A stretch of DNA of 64,000 nt from the NCBI GenBank assembly GCA_965178125.1, contig OZ237760.1:124001-188000 (forward strand), given 5' to 3'. This document shows, piece by piece, positions 12,445-23,772 of this stretch. The translations under genes and the position numbers were made by a program. The stretch's first letter is position 1. Each line of letters starts with the position of its first letter. The notes beneath the pieces were generated by a model, which saw only the letters and a program-made list of their open reading frames with translations, was not told where the DNA came from and searched no databases. This stretch comes from Bilabrum cf. latius (lineage: Eukaryota).

Positions 12445-14526
12445 ATGACAAGCAATCGTGCTATGCCAAGTAGGCCAGTCCCGTGCAGCTTCTGGGCCGC
12501 CGTCTCCATTGCATGCCTTGGCGGCATGCTATTTGGCTACGATACTGGCGTTATGTCCGGTGCTCTGGTTAGGGTAGCCGATGACCTTGAGTTGGGCACA
12601 TGGGCTCAGTCCATAGCGGTGGCGGTCGCGGTCGGCACTGCCTTGCCTGGCTCGTTGGTCGCTGGGTGGCTGGCAAACTCCAACGGTAGGCGGGCTGCGA
12701 TCGTCGCCGCTTGCATCGCCTTCATCGGTGGATCCACGCTGCAAGCTCTTGCTAGAAGTATTGGCGTCCTGATCGCAGGTCGGGCTCTGGTCGGCGTCGG
12801 TGTCGGCGCGACCGCCGCCGTCACCCCGCTCTACCTTGCAGAGATTTCTCCGCCGGCCACTCGCGGCGCGGTGGTCACGACCAACTCAATCGCAATCACA
12901 GGAGGATAGCTAATCGCGACGATTGTAGATGCTGCGCTTGCGGATGTCCCCAGCGGCTGGCGTTGGATGCTCGGTTTGGGAGCCGTTCCTGCCGCCGTGC
13001 AATTGCTCGGTCTGGCCCTGCTCGGTCTGCCCGAGTCCCCCACTTGGCTGCGGCTGCGTGGCCGCGACAAGGATGCAGATGACGCGCTTCGTTGGTTTCT
13101 TGGAGACAGCATCGATGCTGCGCCCCTTCCTCCGCCACTGCCACTGGCTGCATCGAGCACCACTGGCACTCAGGCTGGCAGTGGCAGAGGCGGCAGCTGC
13201 TTCAAGATGCAGGGACCGGCCGTGGTCGTCGCGGCCGTGTCCATGGCGCGCGTGCGGGCCAATCCGAGGGAAGGATCAAGCGGTGGTGTCGGCATGGGCC
13301 TAGACAATGGACACGAAGGATCTCTGCAGATGACAGGCCCGAGGACTGGCAGTGGCAGGGGCAGTGGCAGCCAGCCGCAGCACGAGACCCAGGTCGAATC
13401 GAGTGGGGGGGAGAGGGAGAGGGAGAGGGAGAGGCAATGGTCTGCCGCCAGCGCCGCATCAGGTGCATCGCACGGTGCTGCACCTTCCGGAGACAACAAC
13501 ACCCCTCTACTCACCGGGGCCGCCGCCCCAGATGACGATGAACAGGAACATGAACAGGACGATGACTAGGACGGCCCCGCCCGCCCTCGCCCGCGCACCC
13601 GCCTGGGGCTGGGCCAAGGCATGGGGGTGGGCGTGGGCGTCGATGGACCCAAAGGAGCCTTGGGTCGCCGCGGTGCTCTAGCGTCGCCGCGAGGCTGCGG
13701 ACAGTACTCTTCGCTTGCTCGGGTCGCTTGCGGGTGCGAGGTGGAGGATCAGTGTGACGAGCGCGACAGGGGAGCGCTGTCGCGGGAGGCGGCCGGCACC
13801 CCGCTGTCCCGCAGGGTGTGGCTTGCCGTGGGCCTGCAGGCAGTGCAGCAGCTGGCGGGCATTAACACGGTCATGTACTTCGCGGGGAAGATCTTCCAGA
13901 GGGCTGGATTCGGAGCGGGAAATGCCGTGCGGCTGACTGCGGCCGCTGGGGGCGCCAACTTTGTGGGCACTCTGCTGGGAGTGGCGCTGGTGGACAGGGT
14001 GGGCCGTCGGCCGCTGCTGATGTGTTCCCTGGGGGGAGTGACGTTGTGCTTGCTGTGCCTGGCTGGGATGCTGTGGGCCGGGGGCGGCGGTGCAAGCGGC
14101 GATGGGGGTGGGCAGAGTGGCAGCGAGGGTGGGCAAACCTGGCTGGCCCCCTCGGTGCTGGCAGCAGTGGTGGGGTACCTGCTGGCCTTTGCACCGGGGC
14201 TGGGGGCGCTCCCGTGGACCATCTAGTCAGAGATGTTCCGCGGGCGGCGCCGCGCATCCGCGGTCGCGGTTGCAACCGCGACCAACTGGGGCTGCAACTT
14301 TGTGGTGAGCATGACGTTCCTGCCGCTGGCTCGGGCGCTCGACGGCTGGGGCGCCTTCGCGATGTATGCTGCATTTGCCGGACTTGGGGGGTTGATGTTC
14401 TGGGTGTATCTCCCGGAGACTGGCGGTGCTCCTGGGAGAAAATGCTCAGATGTCTCGAGTGCTAAAAGTCAGGTGCAGGGGCAAACCTGGTCGGGAGAAG
14501 ACGAAGTGATCATTGGCATGCATTGA
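12445..14526 (+). CDS. MFS sugar porter, H+/myo-inositol transporter-like; TAG at 12907, 13567, 14224; TGA stop
   Basis: GGMLFGYDTGVMSGA, GRR, PLYLAEISP..RG, ITGG(Q), WRWMLGLGAVPA, PESP, QQLAGINTVMY, VDRVGRR, PWTI(Q)SEMF and PET motifs. The central loop is long and low-complexity. Confidence 0.92.
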
Positions 14527-14681
14527 AAATAGGATGCGATCGCATGTTTCCTTTTAACAGGGCAGCTGAAAACTGAAAGAGAGACTTGAAGCCAGGCACT
14601 CCTTGCGACCGATCCGTGCGGCCGCCTGCCTCCCTGATCTCACCTGGGTTCTGGTAAGGTGCCGTGCTGTCCTTCCTTCTG

Positions 14682-15344
14682 ATGCCCCTGTTGATCGTGC
14701 TGCTGGCCGAAGCAGCACCGCAAGGTGACATTTACGTGCTCCTGAGCAATGTGCTGCGCAAGACCGACCTTGCGGAGCAGCTTAGGCACCCAGCGGCATC
14801 GGAGCAGGTTCAAGACGATGACCTTGGGGGGCAGGCATGCGACGCTAGTCGGGCGGTGGCCGGCTGGTACTACAGGGAGGGCAAGGCTAGGCACTGGCAG
14901 TGCAAGGTGCAGGGCACTGTGCAACACGTGCGGGTTGGTCACCTGGTAAATTCTGCGCTAGATGACGAGTGATCGCAGTTGTCCAGGCCATGCACTGACA
15001 ACCAGCCACATCTCAGCGCTCACAACCCAGGACAGCACCCGGCCACAGCACCCTCCACAGCGGACACCATGATCGAGATTAATGGCACCATCGACCCATC
15101 CAGCATCGGCACCTACAATCCAGTGAGCAAGGTCCTGACGCTCAGCGACCACGTGCGGATTACGGGCGCGTACTCCTTCTCCAAGCAGGTGGACAAAATC
15201 ATCCCGGCCTCATCAACACTGGACATGCATGTTACCAACGCTACCTTGTACAACGTGGGCGACGCTTCGCATCATTGGAGGAAGATATATGCACATGGCT
15301 CAGTGACTGTATCCGGCGACGTTTTTGGCAACATGGTACTCTGA
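14682..15344 (+). CDS. Possible hypothetical protein; exon structure unresolved
   Basis: Two same-frame ORFs (14664-14972 and 14979-15344) with coding-like composition are separated by a TGA, with candidate splice sites nearby. No recognisable domain. Confidence 0.3.
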
Positions 15345-16089
15345 AGCTTCGCACCGGGAGCGGCAGACCTGTGTGCACATGGTCAAGCAGTCCTAGTGAC
15401 GCTTGCTTCCTGTTCCGGGAGCGTGTCCGATGAGATCGCCTGATGCATATAGCATGATACTGTTCATGGACGCGGCGGTCGGTGCAAGACTTTGTCGCGG
15501 TCCTTGGCAGCAACACAGCGTGCAGTTGCAGTTGGGCTCGTGGGCAAACCAAGCTCTATTCAATGGGAGCCTACTTGTATGCTGAGCGCTGTATGCTAGT
15601 TTTTGCAAGTTACATTTTTTGATTTGTACATCTACGCCACACACATTCACGAAAGTGAAGCAAGAAATGACACGCACCTGCTGGCCGAGAAGCCCATGAG
15701 AGCACTTCGATTGACCTCACTGTGCTGCTGCTAGCTAGTAGTGGCACCGGTGTACTACACCCATACCCCTTTGGCGCTCCACTGTGTATCTGTACACCAG
15801 GTGATCGTTGTTGCCAAACTCAGCTTGCATCGATTTGGCCACGATGCCAGTGAGAGCCCGGCAACGCTCCAACGCAACCGTCCTTTCCAGGCTTCAACTA
15901 GCTGCCGACCGATACTATGTATATCTCCTCCCACACCCAGGGCCCGCATCGTGCATCTCTGCAAGTGGCACACCGCAAGTGGCACACCGGGATCACATGC
16001 TTGCTGTGCAAGCTGCGACGATGAGATACGCAGCCGGCAGGCTGCCCCACACTTCCACATACCATTTCTGTACCACTTACACCGACAGA

Positions 16090-16910
16090 TCATAGGAGGC
16101 TCTCCCCGTCCCCCGCGAGTAGCTTGCCCAGCGCAGACCCCTCTCCGTCGATGGGCCTGTCCGTGCCGCCGATACACCGTTCCACCACTGACATGAGCTG
16201 GTCGTTCTCCAGCGCGGCAGCAACCCTTTCTTTATCATTCAACTGTTTGTTAATGTCTTTCTCAGACGCATGGGAACCTGGGTATATGCTGACCTTTGTC
16301 TTGAACCGCGGAGGCAAGCAGCGCAGCAACTTCACCCGAATGCAGAGACCAATCAAAGTTGCCATGCTGCAGTGCGGAATCGTCGGGGTGAACTCGATGG
16401 TAGCACGCCCCTTGTCATCATCGACGCGGATATGCTCAATCTGCGGAGCAAGACGAAGGGCAATCAGGCACGCGGCCGGGTGCATCTGGACTTGCGTGCG
16501 GCATAATCGATCGCGACAATCGCAATGCTATAGTCTCACATTGACAACGTTCAGCTATTCTAGAGTAAGGGGGTGCTCAGGGTCGTTCAGGTGTCTGATT
16601 AGTTCTGCGGTGGGAGTAGAACAGCTTGGGGAGTTGCTGCTTCTGCCTAAAGCAGGGAGCGGTTGGCATGCACGGCTACCTTCTGTGCCGAGTCTCACCA
16701 TAAACTTCGAGACCATCAATACCATCCCTGTCTTCCTTGGATTCACTCTCGTCTCGTCGTCTAGTCTGCACGATCAAGAATGAGACCACCACGCGGAAGC
16801 GCCATCAACCAGAGGAACGCGTCTCTAATGATCCGCAGTGCTGTCGTGGCAGTGCTCACCTTGGCAATAGCGTGTACAACAGGGTTAGAATTCGTGGTTG
16901 CTTCTGCCAT
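16090..16910 (-). CDS. CIAO2B: MIP18/FAM96B (CIAO2B/Cia2) cytosolic Fe-S assembly component. Exons 16910-16860, 16765-16699, 16604-16540, 16440-16090; TAG at 16555.
   Basis: IRHLNDPEHPLTLE(Q)LNVV and FTPTIPHCSMATLIGLCIRVKLLRCLPPRFK...INKQLNDKERVAAALEN. Three 94-99 bp GTGAG...GCAG introns have consistent phases. Confidence 0.93.
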
Positions 16911-17093
16911 GACGACTTTCAGGGACCACTGGTCAGATTATGGTTTCAGGCGCCCGTCACCTCGCGACGTGCTTGAACCAGGTGTGTGACGACGAGCGGC
17001 GCTGCTGGCCCAGACTGCGGGGAAACATATCAGACCATGCATTCGAATCACAAAGCCATCATCAGGAGCCCCAGCACTAACAGGAACCGATGG

Positions 17094-18712
17094 TCACCGC
17101 CCTCCCCTCCCTCTACCCCCCCCAACCGGAGACCCCAGATTGCTCGTAGACCCGTCCAAGAAATCGTCGTCCCCACTCAGCTCGAACCCGGCATCATCCT
17201 CGTCATCCTCCTCCCCGTCTCCGCCGCCCTTTCCCTTCCTCCTGGCCCCGTCCGCCCCGCCCCCCTGCTCGCCCCCTTGCCCCCCACCGGCCGCTTGCCT
17301 CTGCCTCATCATGTGCGACTGCATGATGGTGTGCGAAGCCACCCCGATCCTCACGTCGATCCCACGCATCTCGTGCCTCAGCGCCGCCAGCGCCTTCTTG
17401 ATCCTCACCAGCGGGGTCGTGTCCGTCATGCTTGTTCCCCGCTCCTCCATCCTCGCCCTCGCTTCCTCCAGCGCGTCCGACACGCTCGCCTGCGTGTTGC
17501 TGGCATCCGACAGTTCCTTCTGCAGCTGTTCCCGGAGGGACACCGAGTCGTCCACGGAGGCCTGGGCCCCCCTAAACTCATCCGACAGGTATGAAAACGC
17601 GCTGTTGATGAACTTTTCCCTGGAGCCCACCCTCTCCGTGAGGCCAGCCAGGTCCGCTTCGATCTTCTCCAGGGCTCGAGAGGTGTCCCCAATCTCCGCA
17701 TCCAGCTTGGCGGTGTTGGCCCCCGTGGTGCTCAGCTGCGCCCTCCACTCCCCCGCCCCCCCCTTGCTGCCCTCCGCCCTCAGGTGCCGAGACAGCCGCT
17801 CCACCTCGGCCCGCCACTCGAGGGCGTCCACCCCGCTCTCCGCCAGACCCAGGTCGTCCTCGCCTACCATGCCTACCGCGCCACCGCCAGCGCCAGTGCC
17901 ACCACTGCTACCGTCTGCAGTCGTCACACCGCCTTCGGTGAAGAGCGCCTCCTCACCGCCCCCTCCCGAGCCGCCCCCCCCGGGCATGCCGTTGGCCCCC
18001 GCCTCCTCCTCAATCTCGTCCTCGTCCTCCTCGCCGCCGCCCTCCTCGCCCTCACCACCGAGTCCTTCCTCCAGGGGATCGTCGCTGGGATACACCGGCT
18101 TGTACCAATTGAAGCCCCGCGCCCTCAGGGCGAGGTCGGACAGGAAATTAAGCGCCCTGCACGCGGGCTCTCCGTGGGGCTATCTCAGTCGGGTGGGTGG
18201 GAAGTCCGCCTCAAATCCAGCAGCGCTAAGCTCTCGCATTAATTTATTTGCGCTTGTAGTAGGATTATCCAGTGCGTCTACCTCGAAATCCCGCCCGGCC
18301 GCTTGCGCAAGATAGGCAGCCACGGTAATAAAGTGCTAGAACTGGACAGGAACGTTCTGTGCCTGTACCGCAAAGTAGCCAGGGGCAAATGGTTGCAAAT
18401 CGTGCTTCGCACAAAGCTCCTATTCGTAATTTAATATGGTAAGTTTGCTGAGCAAGCCATCCATTAATTCGAGGCTCTGATCCTGCGCGAAGGAAGACCG
18501 GCAGGGCGTGTACACCGTCAATTTGCATGAGGGGATATCACCGGTACATAGTTTTCAATACGCATCGTTGGCATACAGCAGTCTACAGTGCATGACAGCC
18601 TGTTCAACCAAGATTATTGACTGCGTGCTTCTGGTTTGTACGATCTCACTGATGGCGAAGCAAATGATCGCTTCGCATCGTCGCCGGCTGCTCCGCTTGC
18701 TTCAGTGGCCAT
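17094..18712 (-). CDS. IFT57: Intraflagellar transport protein 57. Exons 18712-18650 and 18482-17094; TAG at 18420, 18336, 18180; TGA stop.
   Basis: MDGLLSKLTILNYE, YFA, DFPPTRLR(Q)PHGE, EWRAEVERL, SREKFIN and MEERGTSMTDTTPLVRIKKAL...IDVRIGV. The first exon is inferred from a phase-0 GTGAGA donor. Confidence 0.9.
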
Positions 18713-19032
18713 TAAATGTACACCTGATCGAAGCACGCCTGTCTAAATCAACGAGTTTACCTTTCGGCAGCAACGGCATTGTCACTGCGGAACATACTCC
18801 GATCTATTTTGCGCGCGGCGTGAGTGCCTCATTTGAGTCGTTCGTATTTCGAACTTTCGAAGCGGAGCGCTCGGCTGCTTAGTTTCGGTGGCCAGCGCCA
18901 TTGAAAGCCCCTACGCCAGCACTGTATTGCGATAGGTGGGGCTATACGTATTGCCGCACTTGGTTCAGCTGGAATCGTCGGAGCAATACGCAGGGGGAGG
19001 CTGTTTGAGGACCGACTGCGTCTTTGCGGGGC
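18713..19032. promoter_or_regulatory. Probable bidirectional promoter region (IFT57 / LIN54-like)
   Basis: A ~320 bp lower-GC gap between divergent start codons. Confidence 0.45.
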
Positions 19033-22000
19033 ATGTCTCGGCTAGGCGATAGCCAGCGAAAACCATGCAACTGCAAGAGATCGCGCTGTCTCAAGCTATA
19101 CTGCGAATGTTTTGCATCTAAGCTAATGTGTATGGACGCCTGCCGCTGTCAAACATGCCAGAACTGTCCCGTGAGGCCCTGAACTGCAGCGGTAGCGGTT
19201 GACGTCGTGGATGGACTGTATCGAAAATGCGACATGACAGGAGTAACTCTTGGATGTCGCCATGCAATCGAATACCGACGTATTGTTCAATGCTCTCTGG
19301 TTGCTTGGCTTGGCCATGTGGCCACAGCATTTACGTGCACGCGCATTTGTAGGCCCCGGGTTCTCGTTTGGATTCCCATCGTTTTCGCAGCAACACTTGG
19401 AAGTGCGCGAGGCGGCGATCGCGCAGATTGAGTCAAAGAAACCCAATGCGTTTCGCTCAAAAATTGTCGCTGCGTGAGATTATGTTGTGTGCTAGACTAG
19501 GCGGTGGCGAGGCCTTGAGGGCTACCGGCACAGCTTATACTCGAGGCCCAAGCGCTCATTTTGGCGGACGTATTCGGGTCATTCGGGGTGCCAGCTATGC
19601 TATAAGTTGATATTCTAAGGCGTGAATGGTGTGCGCATGGCTGTTATACCTGGTCTGGCACTTGCTGCGCCTTGCGCCCGAGAGCCCATCATGGTACCGC
19701 TGTGCAATCATCGGCTTGCCCATTTCTGTTCTTCGCAGGGACGGGGAAAGGGTTCACGTAACAGGATGCAACTGTCGGCGAAGCCAGTGCCTCAAAAAGT
19801 ACTGCGAATGTTTCCACGCAGGCGTCCACTGCCAAGCGTACTGCTCTTGCATTGTGAGATTGGCCTAGGCTGGCGGGGGCCGCGCACGTGCGCCACCCAG
19901 AGCGAGCGCTCTCGGGGGGATGCGTGCTGGCCAAAGCCCCCCCCCCTCCCCCCGGACCGACTTCGTCTCACACCCGTATCCCTCCATATACCCCCCCATC
20001 CCTCCACCCCTCGCCTAGCCTCACGTCTTTCGCCAATCATTCCGCAGAGCTGCCGCAACACTCCAGAGCACGCTGGGATGCCCATGCCCAGCTCACAGGG
20101 TGGCAAGAAAGGCAAACCCGGAGCCAGAAAACGAAAGCGCGGCGCCGGCGGAACCGAGCTGGCGACGTCTCGCTCTGTGGACGGCTCGGGAAGGGGCCGG
20201 GGCAGGGGGGCCAGGGCCGGGCGAGGCAGGCGCGGCGCCGATTCGGGCCCCTCCCTGCAGCGATCCCGCACGGAGGGCGGTGCCCCTGGAAGCGAGCTGC
20301 CGGGCCGCCCTCGGCCACCGCGGCGGAATCGCGGCGGGAGGCGCGGCCGAAGCTCGCTCCGCTGGATCGAGGCGATGGAGCAGGACTAGGATGGCGAGGA
20401 TGAGGACGAAGACGAAGACGATGGTGATGGTCCTGAGGCCGCCCTGGTGAATCGGAGGAGGAGGGAGGGGCGGCGCCGCCGCGTGGTTCCGCCGCAGGTT
20501 CCGCTGACCCCGGAGGAGGCCGGACGCCGCGCGCTTGTTGTCCGCCGGTCTGCGCTGAGCCTCTCCGCCTTGCACAGGGCTGCCACGCTGGCACTTGCGG
20601 GGGACGGGGGAGACGGCAGCGGGGGCAGCGGCGAGCGGGGCAGGGGAAGGGCAGGGGCAGGGGTAGGGGCAGGTGGTAGCGTGCACCCCCGCAGGCGCGG
20701 AATCCCAGGCGCGGAGGGCCGGGCACGGCCTCTGCTGGGCCAGGGGGGTTCGCTGTCCCAGAGCTGGGTGATGGAGCAGCAGGCGGCAGCCATGGGCGTG
20801 GGGGCGGGTGCATTGCACGCAGGCGGTGGGGGCAGCGGGAGCGCGGCTCTGATGAGCCCGCTGGATCCAACGGGCCGGCACAGCGCCAGCGTGGCGGAGG
20901 CTGCCGGCGCGCTCGCCCTGGCCAAAGCCAGTAGGGGGCTGTCAGCCTCGCATTTGGAGGAGTCGCCCGAGGACAGGCTTGTCGGGGTCGGGGCCGGGGC
21001 CGGTGCGGGTGCCAGGGTGCACCAGGTGGGGGCCGAGGCCGGTGCCAGGGCCAGGACATCGAGGGCACTGGGGAGGGTGGCGGATGGGCTGGGGGGAGAG
21101 GGTGTGACGAGTGAGGACGGGACGGTCGGTCTTGTGCCGGTGGGGCAGCTGGAGGCTCGGTTTAGCGCGGTGGCTGGGGCGGGGGCGGGGCACGGGCACG
21201 GGCACGGCACAAGCGAAGCCTCAGGTGGCAACCGGTCCTTGTCCTCGTCTGGTGCCCCGGCCTTGTCGATGCGGTCATCCGCACCGACTGCACCGTCCTA
21301 GTCACAGCAGAAGCAGGGCCAGGGCCAGGGCCAGGGCCGGGGCCAGAACGAGAACGAGAACTAGAATGAGCCTGCACTCTAGCGCAGCGATACGGCGGCC
21401 ACTGACCCGATGCAGATGCAGATGCAGTCCGTGTCCCAGCCGCCCACTCCAGCGGAGGTGCAGAGCCAGGTGGCCACTCCAGTGCCGTTCCACACCGCCT
21501 CATCTTCATCTTCATCGCTGTCGTCATCACAGGCAGCTGCCGGTGTGCCAGACGGTGCCGCTACTCCCGTGCGCAAGCAGGCCTCCCCGCCTGCCTCTAT
21601 CTCAGGTGTGCTGGGGGCAGGAGCTGCTGGCCATGGCAACGGAAACGGGAACGGGGGTAACACGCAGTCGAGCGGATCATTTTTGGGCGGGGGCGGCAGC
21701 GGGGGCGGGGGTTGGATCTCTGGAGCTAAAATGCGATCCACAGCCTCCCCCGCTCGCCCCCCTGCCTCCGCCAGTGCTGCTGCTGCTGCTGTCACGGCCT
21801 CTGGCGCGGCAGTGTCTGCCGGCATGAGCGCTTTTTCGCCCTCTAGGGGTGGCGGTGGGAGCAGCAGCGGGGCGGTAGGTGCAATGCATGGTGGCGCGGC
21901 GTCCGGTGGCACGCTGCAACTTTCGAACGGCGGAGCATCGCAGTCCAGCTCGGCGGCGAGGGAGGAGCCGCGCGGGCGCAAGAGTGCATCGCACGGCAGT

Positions 22001-23473
22001 GCTGCGCAGGACAGGGAGGTGCTTCTGGCGATTGCCGGCGCGCTTGCTTGCCTTGGTGACGGCGAGGAGGAGGAGGAGAAGGAGGATGAGGGAAAGGGAG
22101 GCTCTGCACAGGGCACACGCGTCCAGGGCTCTGCTTACGGTGGACAGGGTGGCCAAACAGGGAGCAGTCAAAGCGAAGGGGGCTCCGGACCCCCTACTGG
22201 TACAGGGTCCGCCTCGCAAGCAAGCAACGGTGGCCGGGGCCCTTTCGTGGCCGTCGTGTCTGCAGCAACCGTGCGGAAGAACGCGTACCCCAGCCCGGGC
22301 ATCGCGGGCAGCGATGGTGTGACGAGTGCGACGAGCGGCGCGATGTCCGGCATGGAGGCAGCAGGGTCAGGGGCAGGGGCTGCAGCTGCAGGTGCTGGCC
22401 GGTCCCAGCCTGGGACTCCGATCCGGGCCGTGGTTGGGGGCAGCCTCGCGACCACGGGCCGCACTGTACCAGGGAACAGCAGCAGGGGGGGGATGGGCAA
22501 GGCAAGCACCGCTGTCACAGGGTCAGGCACGTCTTCAAGCGGCGCCGCGGCTGGGACCACGACAGTATCTGCTCTCGCGCCGGCCCCGGCCCCAGCCGAC
22601 CCCGTGGCCATGGCCGCCGCGGCGGCCGCGGCGGACGCCGTCTCTCGATCGGGATCTTCATCTTCAGTTATGGAGAGGTCCTCTTCGCTGCCTGGGAGCG
22701 CCGTGGCCGCCGGTGCGTCTCACCCTTCCGGCTCCGGATCGGTGTATGGTGCGGCCGCCGGACGGAGTCGAGAAGCTGGTTCTGGTTCTGGGTCTGGTTC
22801 TGGGTCTGGGTAGGTGCAAGTGGGTCAGACTAGGATCACGCCTCCGTCCCCCGGACCACTCGTCACGCCTGGGCCGCCTTCACCGGGCAAACGGCAGCTG
22901 CAGCAGCCACAAAGGTAGCAAGGATAGCAGCTGGGTGCGCAGTCAGGACAGCAGCAGGCACAGATGCAGGCACAGTCCCGCAAGAGGCCCAGACCCGATG
23001 CCTCTGGTGAGGCTGGTGGTGCGACGAGCGCCAGCACGAGTGCGCTGTCCCAGCTGGTGAGCCCGGGGACTGCCCAAGTGGCGGTTGCGCTCGCTGGCAT
23101 GGGCTTGGGCGCGGGCGCGGGGGAGCCAGAGGCGAAGCGGGCCAGAACTATGCAGGATTCCAGCGGTGGGGGCTCTCGTCAGGCTGGGGCTGGAGCTGGA
23201 GCTGGAGCTGGGGCTGGGGCTGGGGTTGGGGTGGGGGGGCGGCGCTCCCTGGCCCACTCTCCGGTCGGGAGAGGAACGGCTTTGCGGGCGAGCATGCCTG
23301 GCGGGGCAGTTGGCGGTGCGGCTGGATAGCAGGCGGAAACAGCAAGCAAGCCGATCGTCCCCGGAATCGCGTCTGGCTCGGGTGAGCTCGGTGTAAGCCC
23401 TTCCAGCCTGGAGCGCGCGTCTCAAAACGGCGCGGCGGCCCATAGCGCTGCCAGTCATGGCGCGCAATCTTGA
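19033..23473 (+). CDS. LIN54/tesmin/TSO1-like CRC (CXC-hinge-CXC) DNA-binding protein, ~1253 aa. Exons 19033-19170, 19391-19473, 19739-19853, 20048-23473; 8 TAGs; TGA stop.
   Basis: CXC1 [20 protein letters not shown]...CRCQTCQN, hinge [12 protein letters not shown]2 [21 protein letters not shown]...CSC..CRN. Three GTGAG...GCAG introns are in phase; the long tail is Gly/Ser/Ala/Gln-rich. Confidence 0.88.
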
Positions 23474-23772
23474 GCTCGTGTGTTTCAGTCAAACGCCGCA
23501 GACTGAAGCACAGCACATTTATTTCCATTAACCATTTCCATTAACCTTAACCACTGTCTTATAAATCTGCACGGATTTGACTCAACTTTCCTTTTTAGGT
23601 ATCAATCGATTAAAATCGATGCCTCGCTGGCGACCCCCTCTCATCCATCATACTCCCCGTCTTCGTCTTGACGAGAGGAAGCGCTGCAAGGCGGTAATTC
23701 CTTCAACCTCTCTGCAATTATTGCCGCCCTCACATGCGAGGACAGCTCACCGGTCGTTTCGAGCCGGCGGTC

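Noticed and set aside
12907-12909. TAG as Trp (A-to-I editing), Leu, Tyr or pyrrolysine
   Set aside because: The conserved columns and poly-Gln contexts point to Gln, and none of the sites I could align is a conserved Trp. U-to-C editing to CAG cannot be excluded from DNA alone but is improbable at ~100 nuclear sites.
14970-14972. TGA read-through (selenocysteine or Trp) between same-frame ORFs 14664-14972 and 14979-15344
   Set aside because: No homology supports it, and an intron spanning the TGA is a simpler explanation.
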